Source: an uncultured Chloroflexia bacterium (GTDB taxonomy: Bacteria; Chloroflexota; UBA6077; JACCZL01). Taken from it: DNA of 64,000 nucleotides. A program made the translations under genes and the position numbers. Positions 9,821-19,574 of the stretch are shown here, in pieces. Position 1 is the first letter of the stretch. The number at the start of each line of letters is the position of its first letter. The stretch is taken from assembly GCA_963765765.1 (NCBI GenBank), contig CAVXYC010000029.1, positions 1-64,000 on the forward strand. The letters are read 5' to 3'. Under the pieces are notes generated by a model that was given only the letters and a program-made list of their open reading frames with translations, searched no databases and was not told where the DNA came from.

Positions 9821-11077
9821 ATGCTGTCGCACGAGGATAACGAGCTTCTTTGTCGCGTTGGTCCCGGAACGCTCATGGGCGAGCTGTGGCGGAGGTTCTG
9901 GATTCCGGCACTCATGCCGTCCGAGCTGCCGGAGCCGGATTGTCCGCCGGTACGCATCCGTCTCCTCGGGGAGGACCTGGTTGCCTTTCGCGATACCGAC
10001 GGCAAGGTCGGCATTGTCGCGGAGAACTGCCCACACCGCGGCGCGTCACTCTTCTTTGGACGGAACGAGGAGTCCGGACTGCGCTGCGTCTATCACGGCT
10101 GGAAGTTCGATACATCCGGCGCGTGCGTGGATATGCCCAACGAGCCGCCCGAATCCAACTTCAAGCACAAGGTTCGCGTGCAGGCTTACGAGACGGCGGA
10201 ATGGGGCGGTCTGATCTGGGCGTATCTCGGCCCCAAAGGTAAGACCCCCGAACTTCCTCAACACGATTGGTGCGCGGTGCCTGACGATCACCGCTATCTC
10301 GGCAAATGGATTCAGGAGTGCAACTGGGTTCAGTGCTACGAGGGCGAGATCGATACCTCGCACATCTCGTTCTTGCACAGTGGAATAGATCCCGTGGAGG
10401 GCACGGGGCGCTTCCGCGGACTTGCGGCGAAAGACGGAGCGCCAAAGCTACTCCTGCAGGAGACGGACTACGGTCTGATCTACGGCGCCCGGCGGCAGAC
10501 GGGGAACGGCGACTACTACTGGCGCGTAACGCAGTTTCTGCTACCCGACTACAGCTTGATCCCCGGACCGAAATGGCCGCGCGGCGGGCGATGCTGGGTG
10601 CCCATAGACGACCAGCGCACCTGGGTCTTCGCTTACACCTACAACCCTGATAAAGCTCTCACCGAAGAGGAGCTCTTCCCCTACACGTCGGGCGCGCAAG
10701 CGTTTGCCAGCCTGATCCCCGGCACATTCAGAACAAAGGCCAATAAGGACAACGACTACCTGATCGACCGCCAGATGCAGAAGACAGAGAACTTCACTGG
10801 CATCTGGGGCACGCGAAATCAGGATACCGCCGTGGTGGAGAGCATGGGGCCGATCATGGATCGAAGCAAGGAGCGGCTTGGAACAGCCGACCTGGCCGTG
10901 ATCACCGCGCGGCGCATTCTGCTACGAATGGCTCGCCAGCTCCAGGAGGGCATTGAGCCATACCCGGCACATCATGGCGAAGTCTATCGAGTTCGCGCTC
11001 TGGATTGTGTGGATGCGGAAGCGGACTTCGAGAAATTGATGGAGAAGTATCGCGACCGGACGCTGATGAGGGCTTGA
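9821..11077 (+). CDS. Rieske aromatic oxygenase alpha subunit (phthalate 4,5-dioxygenase/LigXa-like)
   Basis: GAGGAG RBS before MLSHEDNE; CPHRG/CVYHGW; EGEIDTSHISFLH; QDTAVVES. Confidence 0.92.
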   Translation: MLSHEDNELLCRVGPGTLMGELWRRFWIPALMPSELPEPDCPPVRIRLLGEDLVAFRDTDGKVGIVAENCPHRGASLFFGRNEESGLRCVYHGWKFDTSGACVDMPNEPPESNFKHKVRVQAYETAEWGGLIWAYLGPKGKTPELPQHDWCAVPDDHRYLGKWIQECNWVQCYEGEIDTSHISFLHSGIDPVEGTGRFRGLAAKDGAPKLLLQETDYGLIYGARRQTGNGDYYWRVTQFLLPDYSLIPGPKWPRGGRCWVPIDDQRTWVFAYTYNPDKALTEEELFPYTSGAQAFASLIPGTFRTKANKDNDYLIDRQMQKTENFTGIWGTRNQDTAVVESMGPIMDRSKERLGTADLAVITARRILLRMARQLQEGIEPYPAHHGEVYRVRALDCVDAEADFEKLMEKYRDRTLMRA

Positions 11078-11096
11078 GCTTTCGGATCGCTGAGGA

Positions 11097-11198
11097 GACC
11101 CCACCCCGGCCCTCCCCGCAGCGGCAGGGAGGGAGCATGTTTAGAAAAAGAGAATCCGGCTCCCTCCCTGCCGCTGCGGGGAGGGCCGGGGTGGGGTC
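11097..11198. repeat. Palindromic REP/MITE-like element, copy 1 (40-bp perfect inverted arms, 22-bp spacer)
   Basis: GACCCCACCCCGGCCCTCCCCGCAGCGGCAGGGAGGGAGC (11097-11136) has its exact reverse complement at 11159-11198. Confidence 0.9.
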
Positions 11199-11244
11199 CT
11201 TCCCCGATGTCAGGCATCACGACTCGTACCGCAAAGGAGCGCAA

Positions 11245-12285
11245 ATGTCACCAAAGGTAGTTGTCTCCAGTGGCATGGCTCGAACCGACGAAATCGTTCA
11301 GCCGCTAAGGGATGCGGGCTGCACCGTCGTACAGACGCCACCACCGCCGCCAGTGGGCATGCAAGTCTTTACCGATCAGCAGAAGGATGAGTTCTTCTCC
11401 GATGCTGACGCCTTCGTCGCCGGGCTGCGCGATCAATACTCGCGTGACGTGCTCGAGGCGTGTTCGCGCTTGAAGATTGGCAGCAGTCCCGTCATAGGAA
11501 CGGAACAGATTGACGTTGAGGCTGCAACCGAGCTCGGCATCGTCATCGGATACGGCGCGGTACCGGAAAATTTCGAGGGGGTGGCCGAAGCAATCGTCAT
11601 GCTCTCGGCCGCGCTCTTGAAGCAGCTCCCGTCAAAATGGGAAGCCGTAAAGCAGGGCGGATGGATGGTGCCCGACGTCGGCCGCATGGTGGCTAAGCGG
11701 ACGATCGGGATGATTGGCGTTGGCAATATCGGTAGAGGGGTTGCCCGTCGGCTTGTAGGCTGGGAGACGCAGCTCATCGCCTACGACCCGTATCTCAAGC
11801 AATCCGACGTTGACGAGCTGGGCATTACGCTCGTTGATCTTGAAACGCTTCTACACGAGTCAGACGTCGTCTCCGTCCAGGTGACGCTCACAAATGAGAC
11901 GCGCGGGATGATTTCTGATCGAGAGCTCGGTTTGATGCGGCCCACGTCATACATCATCAATACGGCGCGGGGACCGGTCATTGATGAAGCCGCGCTCATC
12001 CGAGCGCTGGATGCTGGCGCCATTGCCGGGGCTGGAATCGACGTCTGGGAGATCGAGCCGACGCGGGCAGAGAATCCGCTTCGACAGCATCCCAGAGTGA
12101 TCGCTACTGGACATAAGATCGGACACTCAGTTGAGTGTTACGAGGCGCTGTCGGTTGCCGCCGTGGAAAACACACTCCGCGGTCTGAGAGGCGAAGAGCC
12201 GCTCTATGTTCGCAATCCGAAGGTGTTGCCCGCCTGGCGAGAACGACTGGCGCGATTGACCGCGGTTGGCGCGGCAACCTCGTGA
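11245..12285 (+). CDS. D-isomer-specific 2-hydroxyacid dehydrogenase (SerA-like catalytic core)
   Basis: AAGGAG RBS; GMIGVGNIG, INTARG, DVWEIEP, TGHKIG. Confidence 0.9.
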   Translation: MSPKVVVSSGMARTDEIVQPLRDAGCTVVQTPPPPPVGMQVFTDQQKDEFFSDADAFVAGLRDQYSRDVLEACSRLKIGSSPVIGTEQIDVEAATELGIVIGYGAVPENFEGVAEAIVMLSAALLKQLPSKWEAVKQGGWMVPDVGRMVAKRTIGMIGVGNIGRGVARRLVGWETQLIAYDPYLKQSDVDELGITLVDLETLLHESDVVSVQVTLTNETRGMISDRELGLMRPTSYIINTARGPVIDEAALIRALDAGAIAGAGIDVWEIEPTRAENPLRQHPRVIATGHKIGHSVECYEALSVAAVENTLRGLRGEEPLYVRNPKVLPAWRERLARLTAVGAATS

Positions 12286-12415
12286 ACCCCTGGGAGCGCG
12301 GGCGTCTCGTCCGTCCCGATCCGTGCGTGGAAATATGTCAGCATCCGTAGTGAAATGAAGTCAGATCGGGACGGGCGTGACGCCCGGGGTCCCAGGAACT
12401 AAGGAGCGTACAAGC

Positions 12416-14185
12416 ATGGCCATCGCCCAACAGCCCGTCGTATCCGGTACGCGATCCTCCTGGCACGAGATCCAGGCGGATGAGAAGTCTGAAATATTGA
12501 TGACAGCGATGAAGCTTGCCGGAATCGACCGACTCTGGTTCGTCTCGGGCACTGAGCTCGGGTTCTTCCAGGAGGCGCACGTCAAGAACAAGGTGCTGGG
12601 CCGTCCGACGCCGGACATCATGACGATGACGCACGAGAACGCCTGTCTGGCCGCTGCCTGTGGAGAGACGGTGATTACTGGTCGACCGTCAGCGACGGCG
12701 GCGCACGTGGAAGTCGGTCTGCTGAACTACGGCGGGGCGATCCATAACGCGTCGCGCGGAAACTACCCGGTGCTGATGATGTCGGGATATCCGCCATCGG
12801 CGGAGTCGGGTAGCGTGCCCGGCGCTCGGAACTCCTTCATTCAGTGGTATCAGCAGATCCCTGACCAGGGACAGATCGTTCGCCAGTACACCAAGTGGGA
12901 CCACAAGCTGGCATCCTATGACAACCCCGGCACGGTGATTACCCGCGCCGCGCAGGTGATGCTCTCTGGCTTGCAGGGGCCCGCGTACATGGCAGTGCCG
13001 CGCGAAGTAGCGATGGAGAACGTGGGCGGTACCTGGCGGTTCCCGCTACTGGATCGCATGCAACCGGCGATCTCTCCAGCAGCCGATCCTGAGCAGCTCA
13101 AGGTCGCTGCGCGTTGGCTCCTGGAGTCCGAGAAGCCTGTCATCGCGACCTCGCGATTCGGACGGAATCCGGAGGCCGTCGCGTCACTTATCGAGCTGGC
13201 CGAGCTACTCGGCGCGCTTGTGCTGGCTGACCCATTCAAGATGAGCTTCCCCAGCTTCCACCCACTTTTCCGCGGTGGTCGCGAGCCATTCCCCTCTGAC
13301 GTCGATTGTGCACTGCTACTGGACGTCGTTGTGCCATGGATGCCCGGAGAATCGGAGCCGCTTGCGGATGCCAGGATCATTGCCATGGACCTCGATCCGA
13401 TTCAAGGCATGACACCGATCTACGAGCTGCCCTCGGATCTGTCCATCACGGCCGATTCGGGCAAGGCGATTCCGGCCCTGCTGGAAGAGATCAAGCGGCA
13501 GATGACCTCCGAACAGCGGAACCGAGCCGACGCTCGGCGGGCCTCGCATGAGGAAGTTGGTCGGCGTAGGCTGGCTGAGCGAATCGATGCCGCGCAGCGT
13601 GACGGTAGTGCCGCCAATCTCACAACCCGATGGGTGAGCTACCAGATCGGTCAGACCCTGGGGCAGGATGCGTTGATCCTGCATGAGCTGACCGACTCGT
13701 CGCTGTTCAATCGCCAGCAGCCCGGTACCCTGCACGGTACTGGTGGATCCAGCATCGGCTGGTCCGCGCCGGCGGCGGTCGGGGTGAAGGTGGCCGCGCC
13801 GGACAGGACAGTCGCCGTTGCCTGCGGCGATGGCTCGTGGATGTTCGCCAATCCAACAGTGACGACATGGTCATCAGGCTTCCACAAGGCCCCCGTGCTC
13901 TTTATGGTGATGAACAACCGTGGTTACAGCACGGGCACCAGGACGGTGATCGAGAACCATCCCGAAGGTTACGCCGTTCGCGAGACCGACTTTACCGGCG
14001 GCTGGTTCGATCCATCGCCCAACTACGCCGCGGAGGCCGCCGCCAGCGGTGCCTACGGTGAGAAAGTGTCAGATCCAAAGGAAGTGGCTCCGGCGATCAA
14101 TCGGGCCCTCGGCGAGATCGAGAAAAACGGCGTCCCGGCGGTCCTGGAGTTCTGGCTGCCGAAGCACATTACCGGGGAGGTTTAG
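12416..14185 (+). CDS. Thiamine diphosphate-dependent enzyme (acetolactate synthase/benzoylformate decarboxylase superfamily)
   Basis: AAGGAG RBS; THENA catalytic Glu; ThDP motif GDGSW...MNNRGY. Confidence 0.9.
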   Translation: MAIAQQPVVSGTRSSWHEIQADEKSEILMTAMKLAGIDRLWFVSGTELGFFQEAHVKNKVLGRPTPDIMTMTHENACLAAACGETVITGRPSATAAHVEVGLLNYGGAIHNASRGNYPVLMMSGYPPSAESGSVPGARNSFIQWYQQIPDQGQIVRQYTKWDHKLASYDNPGTVITRAAQVMLSGLQGPAYMAVPREVAMENVGGTWRFPLLDRMQPAISPAADPEQLKVAARWLLESEKPVIATSRFGRNPEAVASLIELAELLGALVLADPFKMSFPSFHPLFRGGREPFPSDVDCALLLDVVVPWMPGESEPLADARIIAMDLDPIQGMTPIYELPSDLSITADSGKAIPALLEEIKRQMTSEQRNRADARRASHEEVGRRRLAERIDAAQRDGSAANLTTRWVSYQIGQTLGQDALILHELTDSSLFNRQQPGTLHGTGGSSIGWSAPAAVGVKVAAPDRTVAVACGDGSWMFANPTVTTWSSGFHKAPVLFMVMNNRGYSTGTRTVIENHPEGYAVRETDFTGGWFDPSPNYAAEAAASGAYGEKVSDPKEVAPAINRALGEIEKNGVPAVLEFWLPKHITGEV

Positions 14186-14213
14186 GAATCGACGGCTGCT
14201 GAATTCGAGACGC

Positions 14214-14316
14214 GACCCCACCCCAGCCCTCCCCGCTGCGGCAGGGAGGGAGCCGGATTCGCGATTTCGGGAAACAGGCTCCCTCCCTGCCGCAGCGGGG
14301 AGGGCCGGGGTGGGGT
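14214..14316. repeat. Palindromic REP/MITE-like element, copy 2 (inverted relative to copy 1)
   Basis: Same arm sequence with 1-2 changes; its spacer resembles the reverse complement of the copy 1 spacer; lies between convergent genes. Confidence 0.9.
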
Positions 14317-14331
14317 TCCGATCAGCTCGAA

Positions 14332-15450
14332 CTAGTCCCGAATGTCCTGTAAAAACCACTCAGTCGGCAGATATCGCCCGAGACCCCGCGCCTTAGCCGC
14401 CTTGTACACCGCTGCCCCTACAGCCGCAAACTGTAGCCCCTGGTACCCAACGTTCAAGTAGATCGTGATGTCCTCATCGCTCGTCCGTCCGGGCACCGCT
14501 CCGCTGGCCAGATCAACGAAGTAAGGGTAGCGCTCCTCCCCGAAACATCCGACTGTTCGTCACCGGCGGCTTCGGAAGTCGCGCCACTTCTTCATCGGTT
14601 CCGGCGATGTATGCCACGGGCGAGTGGCCGCGTCCGATCTCCACGCGCTGATTCGGGTCATTAGGAATGACACCGGGGAGACCTTGCTTAATGGTCACAT
14701 TCGCGCGTTCGAACGTCGCGGTGTCCAGCTCGAAGTTGCCCAGGTTGGTCACATGCATCCCTGGCTCCAGCCAGCTTCCATCGATGACGTGCTGCATCGC
14801 GTCGGTGCAGCAGGAAACGATATCCGAGCCGCGCACCGCTTCCTCGGCTGAGTCCACCGGCTCGATCTGAACGCCGAGCTCTTCGCTCATTTCGGCCGCG
14901 TACGACTCGCGATTCGCCTTTGTGGGACTGAAAACCCGGACTTTCTCCACGGGGCGAACGGCACAGAAGGCCTTAAGATACGTCCGCGCCATACCGCCTG
15001 AGCCCAGCATCCCCACGGTCCTGGAATTCTCCCGAGCGAGGTACTTGGCACCGATGCCGGCGCCCGCTCCGACGCGCATATGCTGCAGGTAACCGTCATT
15101 GATCATTGCCAGCGGCTCGCCATTGCGTGTGCTCACCAGGAAAATCAAACCACAGTACATACCCGGCTCAACGCAGTACTTCTCCTCGGTCCAGTTTCCC
15201 TGCTCATCTTTAGGCCAATAGACGATGTCCGACTTCATTCGGATCGCATGGACACCCAGCGTCTTGCTGGCGCCCTCCATCGTTCCCCAGCGGAAGTAGC
15301 CATCTTCCCGCTCGCCGGCACATAGATATCGATCCGTGTCCGATGGACCGAATCCCGTGTGATCAGGCCAAGGAACGCCTCCTCCTGCGAGCGAATGGCG
15401 TCCTCGATAGTCAGCACCTGCTGCACGACGTCGTTGTGAATGAAGAGCAT
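14332..15450 (-). CDS. Ornithine cyclodeaminase/mu-crystallin family protein, two apparent frameshifts
   Basis: MLFIHNDVVQQVL start; RVGAGAGIGAKYLAR, LGSGGMA, DIVSCCT; C-terminus read in a shifted frame: GRTSDEDITIYLNVGYQGLQFAAVG...QDIRD*. Confidence 0.85.
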
Positions 15451-15752
15451 GTCAAAGTCTCCGAGCCGAGATTGGCCGGGAGTGTAGGCTGCGTGTGCAA
15501 GCCTGTCAAAGCGCGAATCCCCCTTGGTATAGGACGCGACTTCGCTTCCGATTTCCCCACCCCCACGATACGACAACCACTGACGCGGTCCGCGATTCGC
15601 GCAGCTTGACTTCCGACTGTCCATCGCAATGGCCGACGCGCGCGAATGCCTGTTGATCTCCGAACCGTTTTCTACTGTACGGGTTCCAACTTTTGAACCT
15701 TCGGCATCTAGAATCCGTAATAACGAATATGCCATTCAACTTGGGGAACGAT

Positions 15753-17584
15753 ATGGAGACACCGTTGATCGTCTTGTCGAAGGAAGATCTTGATCACACT
15801 CCCTGGCAGGAAGCAGTGGCGTCATCCGCGGAGAGGGAATGTGGAGGCTTACAGCACCATTCTCTTGGAGCATGCAAAGACTGCGGGAGAACAGGCAGAC
15901 GATTCGGCGAAAACCGTATTTCGATTCATCGGTTCCATTTGTTCTATGGGTTTGAATGCCGATTCTCTTGATGCGCCGTTTGTGCCCATGATGACCACTC
16001 ACGAGTACCGAACCATGATTGTCGATGACCTTACAGCCGAACATCTCACTTTGTTAAGTGAGATTGCTCCAATCACGAGAGACGCGGATTTAAGATCCCG
16101 GCTCGCTGACGTTGTATGGGTCGCTCGTCGAGACGTTGAAATGTTGCGGCTGGCAGTGCACTCATATTTGGAGTCAGCGGTGATCCTCGAAAATCCAACT
16201 GAGTGGTCTGCAGCCAGGACCCGGATAGAACGGGCTCTTAGGTTGGCTACCTTTTTGGGCAAGAGTGGCGAGGACTTACTGTCGCTTGTGGTCTCACATA
16301 TTGAAGCAGTGCTTGACAAGTACCAAGGTAAGGACGGGTCCTTTATGACACCCGCGCTTCTGGAGCTACTGGAGCTATCCCATCGTGGAGAACCGTCAAA
16401 GTACGCCAAGCTCGCTGATGTCGCCGCCCATGCAGCAGAAGAAGTGCGAGATTGGCGTCGCGCACGAGCAAATTGGGAACAAATGGCCCGATGGAGTGTA
16501 CGAGCCGGCGCTAGATCCGACGAACGCCGCGCAAGAATGAATGCCGCAGAAACTTACGTACACGAAGCGCGTGATGCGTTAACGGGTAAATCCGCTAGCT
16601 ACATGGTTGCATCGACTCACATAGCTGCGGCAATCAAGGAATTCCGCCAGATCCCGAAAACGAAGGAAAGGCGTACGGCTCTTCATAGGGAACTACTCAA
16701 GTACCAGAAAGGGATTTCGTCGGAACTTCGACGAGTGAGTCATGAGTCGGACGTATCTGAACTGGTTGAAGAGGCACGACTAGATGTAAAGGGGCTAAGT
16801 CTTCAGGAGGCGCTCCTAGTGCTCGCGGTGGACCCTGATGTCCCGAAGGTGAGTAATTTGAAGTCCTTGGTGGAAGAATTGTCGGCAAAGCACCCTCTCA
16901 ATTACATCATGACCAACCGTGCCGTCGACCAAGCCGGGAAGACAATAGTCAGCATCCCGCCCATACTGACTGATAATGAGACTGACCGAGCAGCGGCCTT
17001 AACGGCTCATATGCACCGACATGCGTCGATGCATCGGCAGGGCGTCGTGGTTTGTGCTATCGAACCACGACGTTATCAAATACTGACTGAACACAATCCG
17101 TCACTGCGCGACTTCCAAGAACTGACAGTCGGCAATCCAATTTTCCCGCCAGGAAGAGAGCGCCTCGTCGCACTTGGACTTTGGCATGGAATGCACGGAC
17201 GATTCTCGGAATCCATTCATTTGCTGCTGCCGCAATTCGAAAACTCGCTGAGATATGTGCTGGGAAGTAACGGTGTCATAGTATCGCAGTTGAGTCAGCT
17301 CGGAGTACAAGAGGAATATGATCTCAACAGGCTAATGTTTTTACCCGAAATCAATAACTTGTTTGATGAAGATTACCTATTCAATATTCAAGGACTATTG
17401 GTAGTACGTTACGGTGATAATCTGCGAAATAGGATAGCGCACGGATTGATGTCATTTAGTGAAGTGCTTGATCCTGCCCGGCATATTCTTTTGGTGGATC
17501 ATGCTCAGACTGTGCTACTGGAGCAGACTTACAAATGCTGCGAGTTCGAGTGAAGTAGTCTGGACCGAGGAGAATGGCGAATGA
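15753..17584 (+). CDS. DUF4209-like protein with HEPN RNase motif; apparent frameshifts near both ends
   Basis: Main ORF 15790-17553; PQFENSLRYVL (HEPN ExxxR) and NLRNRIAHG (RxxxxH); N-terminus METPLIV... and C-terminus FWWIMLRLC... lie in adjacent frames; visibly AT-richer than flanks. Confidence 0.75.
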
Positions 17585-17656
17585 AGTAAGCAATCAGGCC
17601 ATGATGGCCTTTACCAAACCTTCACTCTCTCTGACGTCAATTGGCGGACAATCACC

Positions 17657-18200
17657 TCAACACATCTCCCCATGGCGAGCGCCCCTGGACAGGCCCCGCG
17701 CGGGGCTGGATCCCCGTTCACCCTTCCTATCTAATTCTTGGGAATGGGATCCACCTGAGCTCTGACCGGGCTGAGAACTCTTGGCGTCGACGATGAGACC
17801 GCCGAGGCAGTTAACGCGACGTTGAGCCTCGGGCTCTATTTGAACCGTCAACGACTCGCACGTCCCGACCTGTATCCCCTCTCTATCATAGAAGCGGAAC
17901 AAAATTGAGGCTCGCCGTGGGTATTGCTCTACCAACTGCCAGTCCCCGGTGGTCGCAGATGCAGGCCTGTCTCGTGGTCCGAACCATAAAGTTTTCATCG
18001 CGCATGAGCCGCCACGGTTCGCAGTTTCCCGTGTGCGTCGTCCCAGGGGCGCTCATACCAGCGGCCTGGAGCTTCTTCAAATGGTGCTATGAGTCGGTGC
18101 ATCGATTCATTGATGATTCCCATTCGTGCACTGATCTCAATAAGGAAGCTGGACACCCGAATGCTCGTGGCTGGGGTTTCGCGATCTCCAATACCGCCAA
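17657..18200 (-). CDS. Hypothetical protein, possibly FxLYD-like, fragmented
   Basis: ORF 17657-17998 contains ILFRFYDREGIQVG, resembling the FxLYD-xxG-xxVG pattern; boundaries uncertain. Confidence 0.3.
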
Positions 18201-18400
18201 GCCCGACTAAGGCCAGGCGCACCATTCCGGGGTGGAAATCGGACGTGGAGCCGCGTCCTATACCAAGGGGGTCAAAGCACCAATCGCGTCTACTTTGGAC
18301 TGAGGCGGTCTTCGCCGTTTCTGACGGGGCTGCAAGCCGCCTTCCGTGTCGCTTCGCTCGGATGGAAAGCGGCGGACACCGCCGCAGTCCAAAGCTGGAA

Positions 18401-19447
18401 TTAACGATTCTCGAGCATGAAGAGCACTTCGGCCTCATCATTGGTCATGCCGAGTTTCCTGCGCCGACGGCCGATTGTCTCGCCTCGCTGATACGCCTCA
18501 ACGACCGCGGGGTGGATGTAGCACTTGCGGCAGACGGCGGGGGTGTTGCCGAGGGCGGTGGCGGCGGTTTCGGATGCTCGGGCGAGATTTGATGCGATGG
18601 CTCGCTCGGAATCCGCGGGGCCTATCTCTCTGAGGAAGACCGCGGCGATCACGGTGCCCCACCAGGTGCGGAAGTCCTTGGCCGTATGGTCGGTGTTGGT
18701 GATCGAACGTAGGTAGGCGTTGACGTCGTCTGACTGAATCGTTCGGCGCTGGCCGTCATCGTCGAGATACTGAAAAAGATGCTGGCCGGGTAGCTCCTGG
18801 CAGCGTTTGATCACCGCGGCCACCCGTCTGTCGCGAAGTTTGACGGCATGCTCCAGCCCGCTCTTGCCTCGAAACTGGAAGCTGATCTCAGTGCCGGCCA
18901 ACGTGATGTGGTGATTGCGAAAGCTGGTGAGCCCGAATGACTTGTTCTCACGCGCATAGAGCTCGTTCCCTACGCGGATCAGGCTTTCATCGAGAAGCTG
19001 GACGACTGCCGCGATGACGCGAGGGCGTGGCAAGCCCGGAAGCGCTAGATCGGACTGGACCTGCGCGCGAATAGCGGGCAGCGCCTGCCCAAATTCCAGG
19101 AGCCGGTCGAATTTCTCCGAGTCGCGCACTTCTCGCCAACGTGGGTGGTAACGGTATTGCTTGCGGCCTCGTGCGTCTGTCCCGGTGGCCTGAATGTGGC
19201 CTCGGGCATACGGCGAGATCCAAACGTTTTCCCAGGCGGGCGGTATGACGAGCGACCGGATACGCTCGAGTGTACGCTCGTCGCGAACGGGCCGCCCTTT
19301 TGAGTCGACATAGCGGAATGATGAACGATGCCGAAGGCGACGAATACCGGGCTGCGCATCGGAGACGTAGCGCAAGCCCATCGCCTCGGCTGCGTTTTCA
19401 AGGTCTTCAACGTCGGGCAGCGTAGCCGATAGTGACGTTGTCGCCAT
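18401..19447 (-). CDS. DNA topoisomerase IB (bacterial, poxvirus-like)
   Basis: IPPAWENVWI, GHIQATGTDARGRKQYRYH, LIRVGNE, FRGKSG, AKDFRTW, LGNTPAVCRKCYIHP (catalytic Tyr). Confidence 0.95.
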   Translation of the reverse strand: MATTSLSATLPDVEDLENAAEAMGLRYVSDAQPGIRRLRHRSSFRYVDSKGRPVRDERTLERIRSLVIPPAWENVWISPYARGHIQATGTDARGRKQYRYHPRWREVRDSEKFDRLLEFGQALPAIRAQVQSDLALPGLPRPRVIAAVVQLLDESLIRVGNELYARENKSFGLTSFRNHHITLAGTEISFQFRGKSGLEHAVKLRDRRVAAVIKRCQELPGQHLFQYLDDDGQRRTIQSDDVNAYLRSITNTDHTAKDFRTWWGTVIAAVFLREIGPADSERAIASNLARASETAATALGNTPAVCRKCYIHPAVVEAYQRGETIGRRRRKLGMTNDEAEVLFMLENR

Positions 19448-19574
19448 GCGCCTACCTAACGCACCGTGCATGCCAGAATATTGTGATGGGGGCGAGTCGA
19501 TGAACGCCGCCGCTCCGCTGTTATGATCCGCCGGAATCGTCAGCGCAATTGGGCCACTCCCGGCTGCTCAGAGG

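Noticed and set aside
11097-14316. CRISPR array
   Set aside because: Only isolated inverted-repeat doublets; no repeat-spacer periodicity or cas genes anywhere in the window
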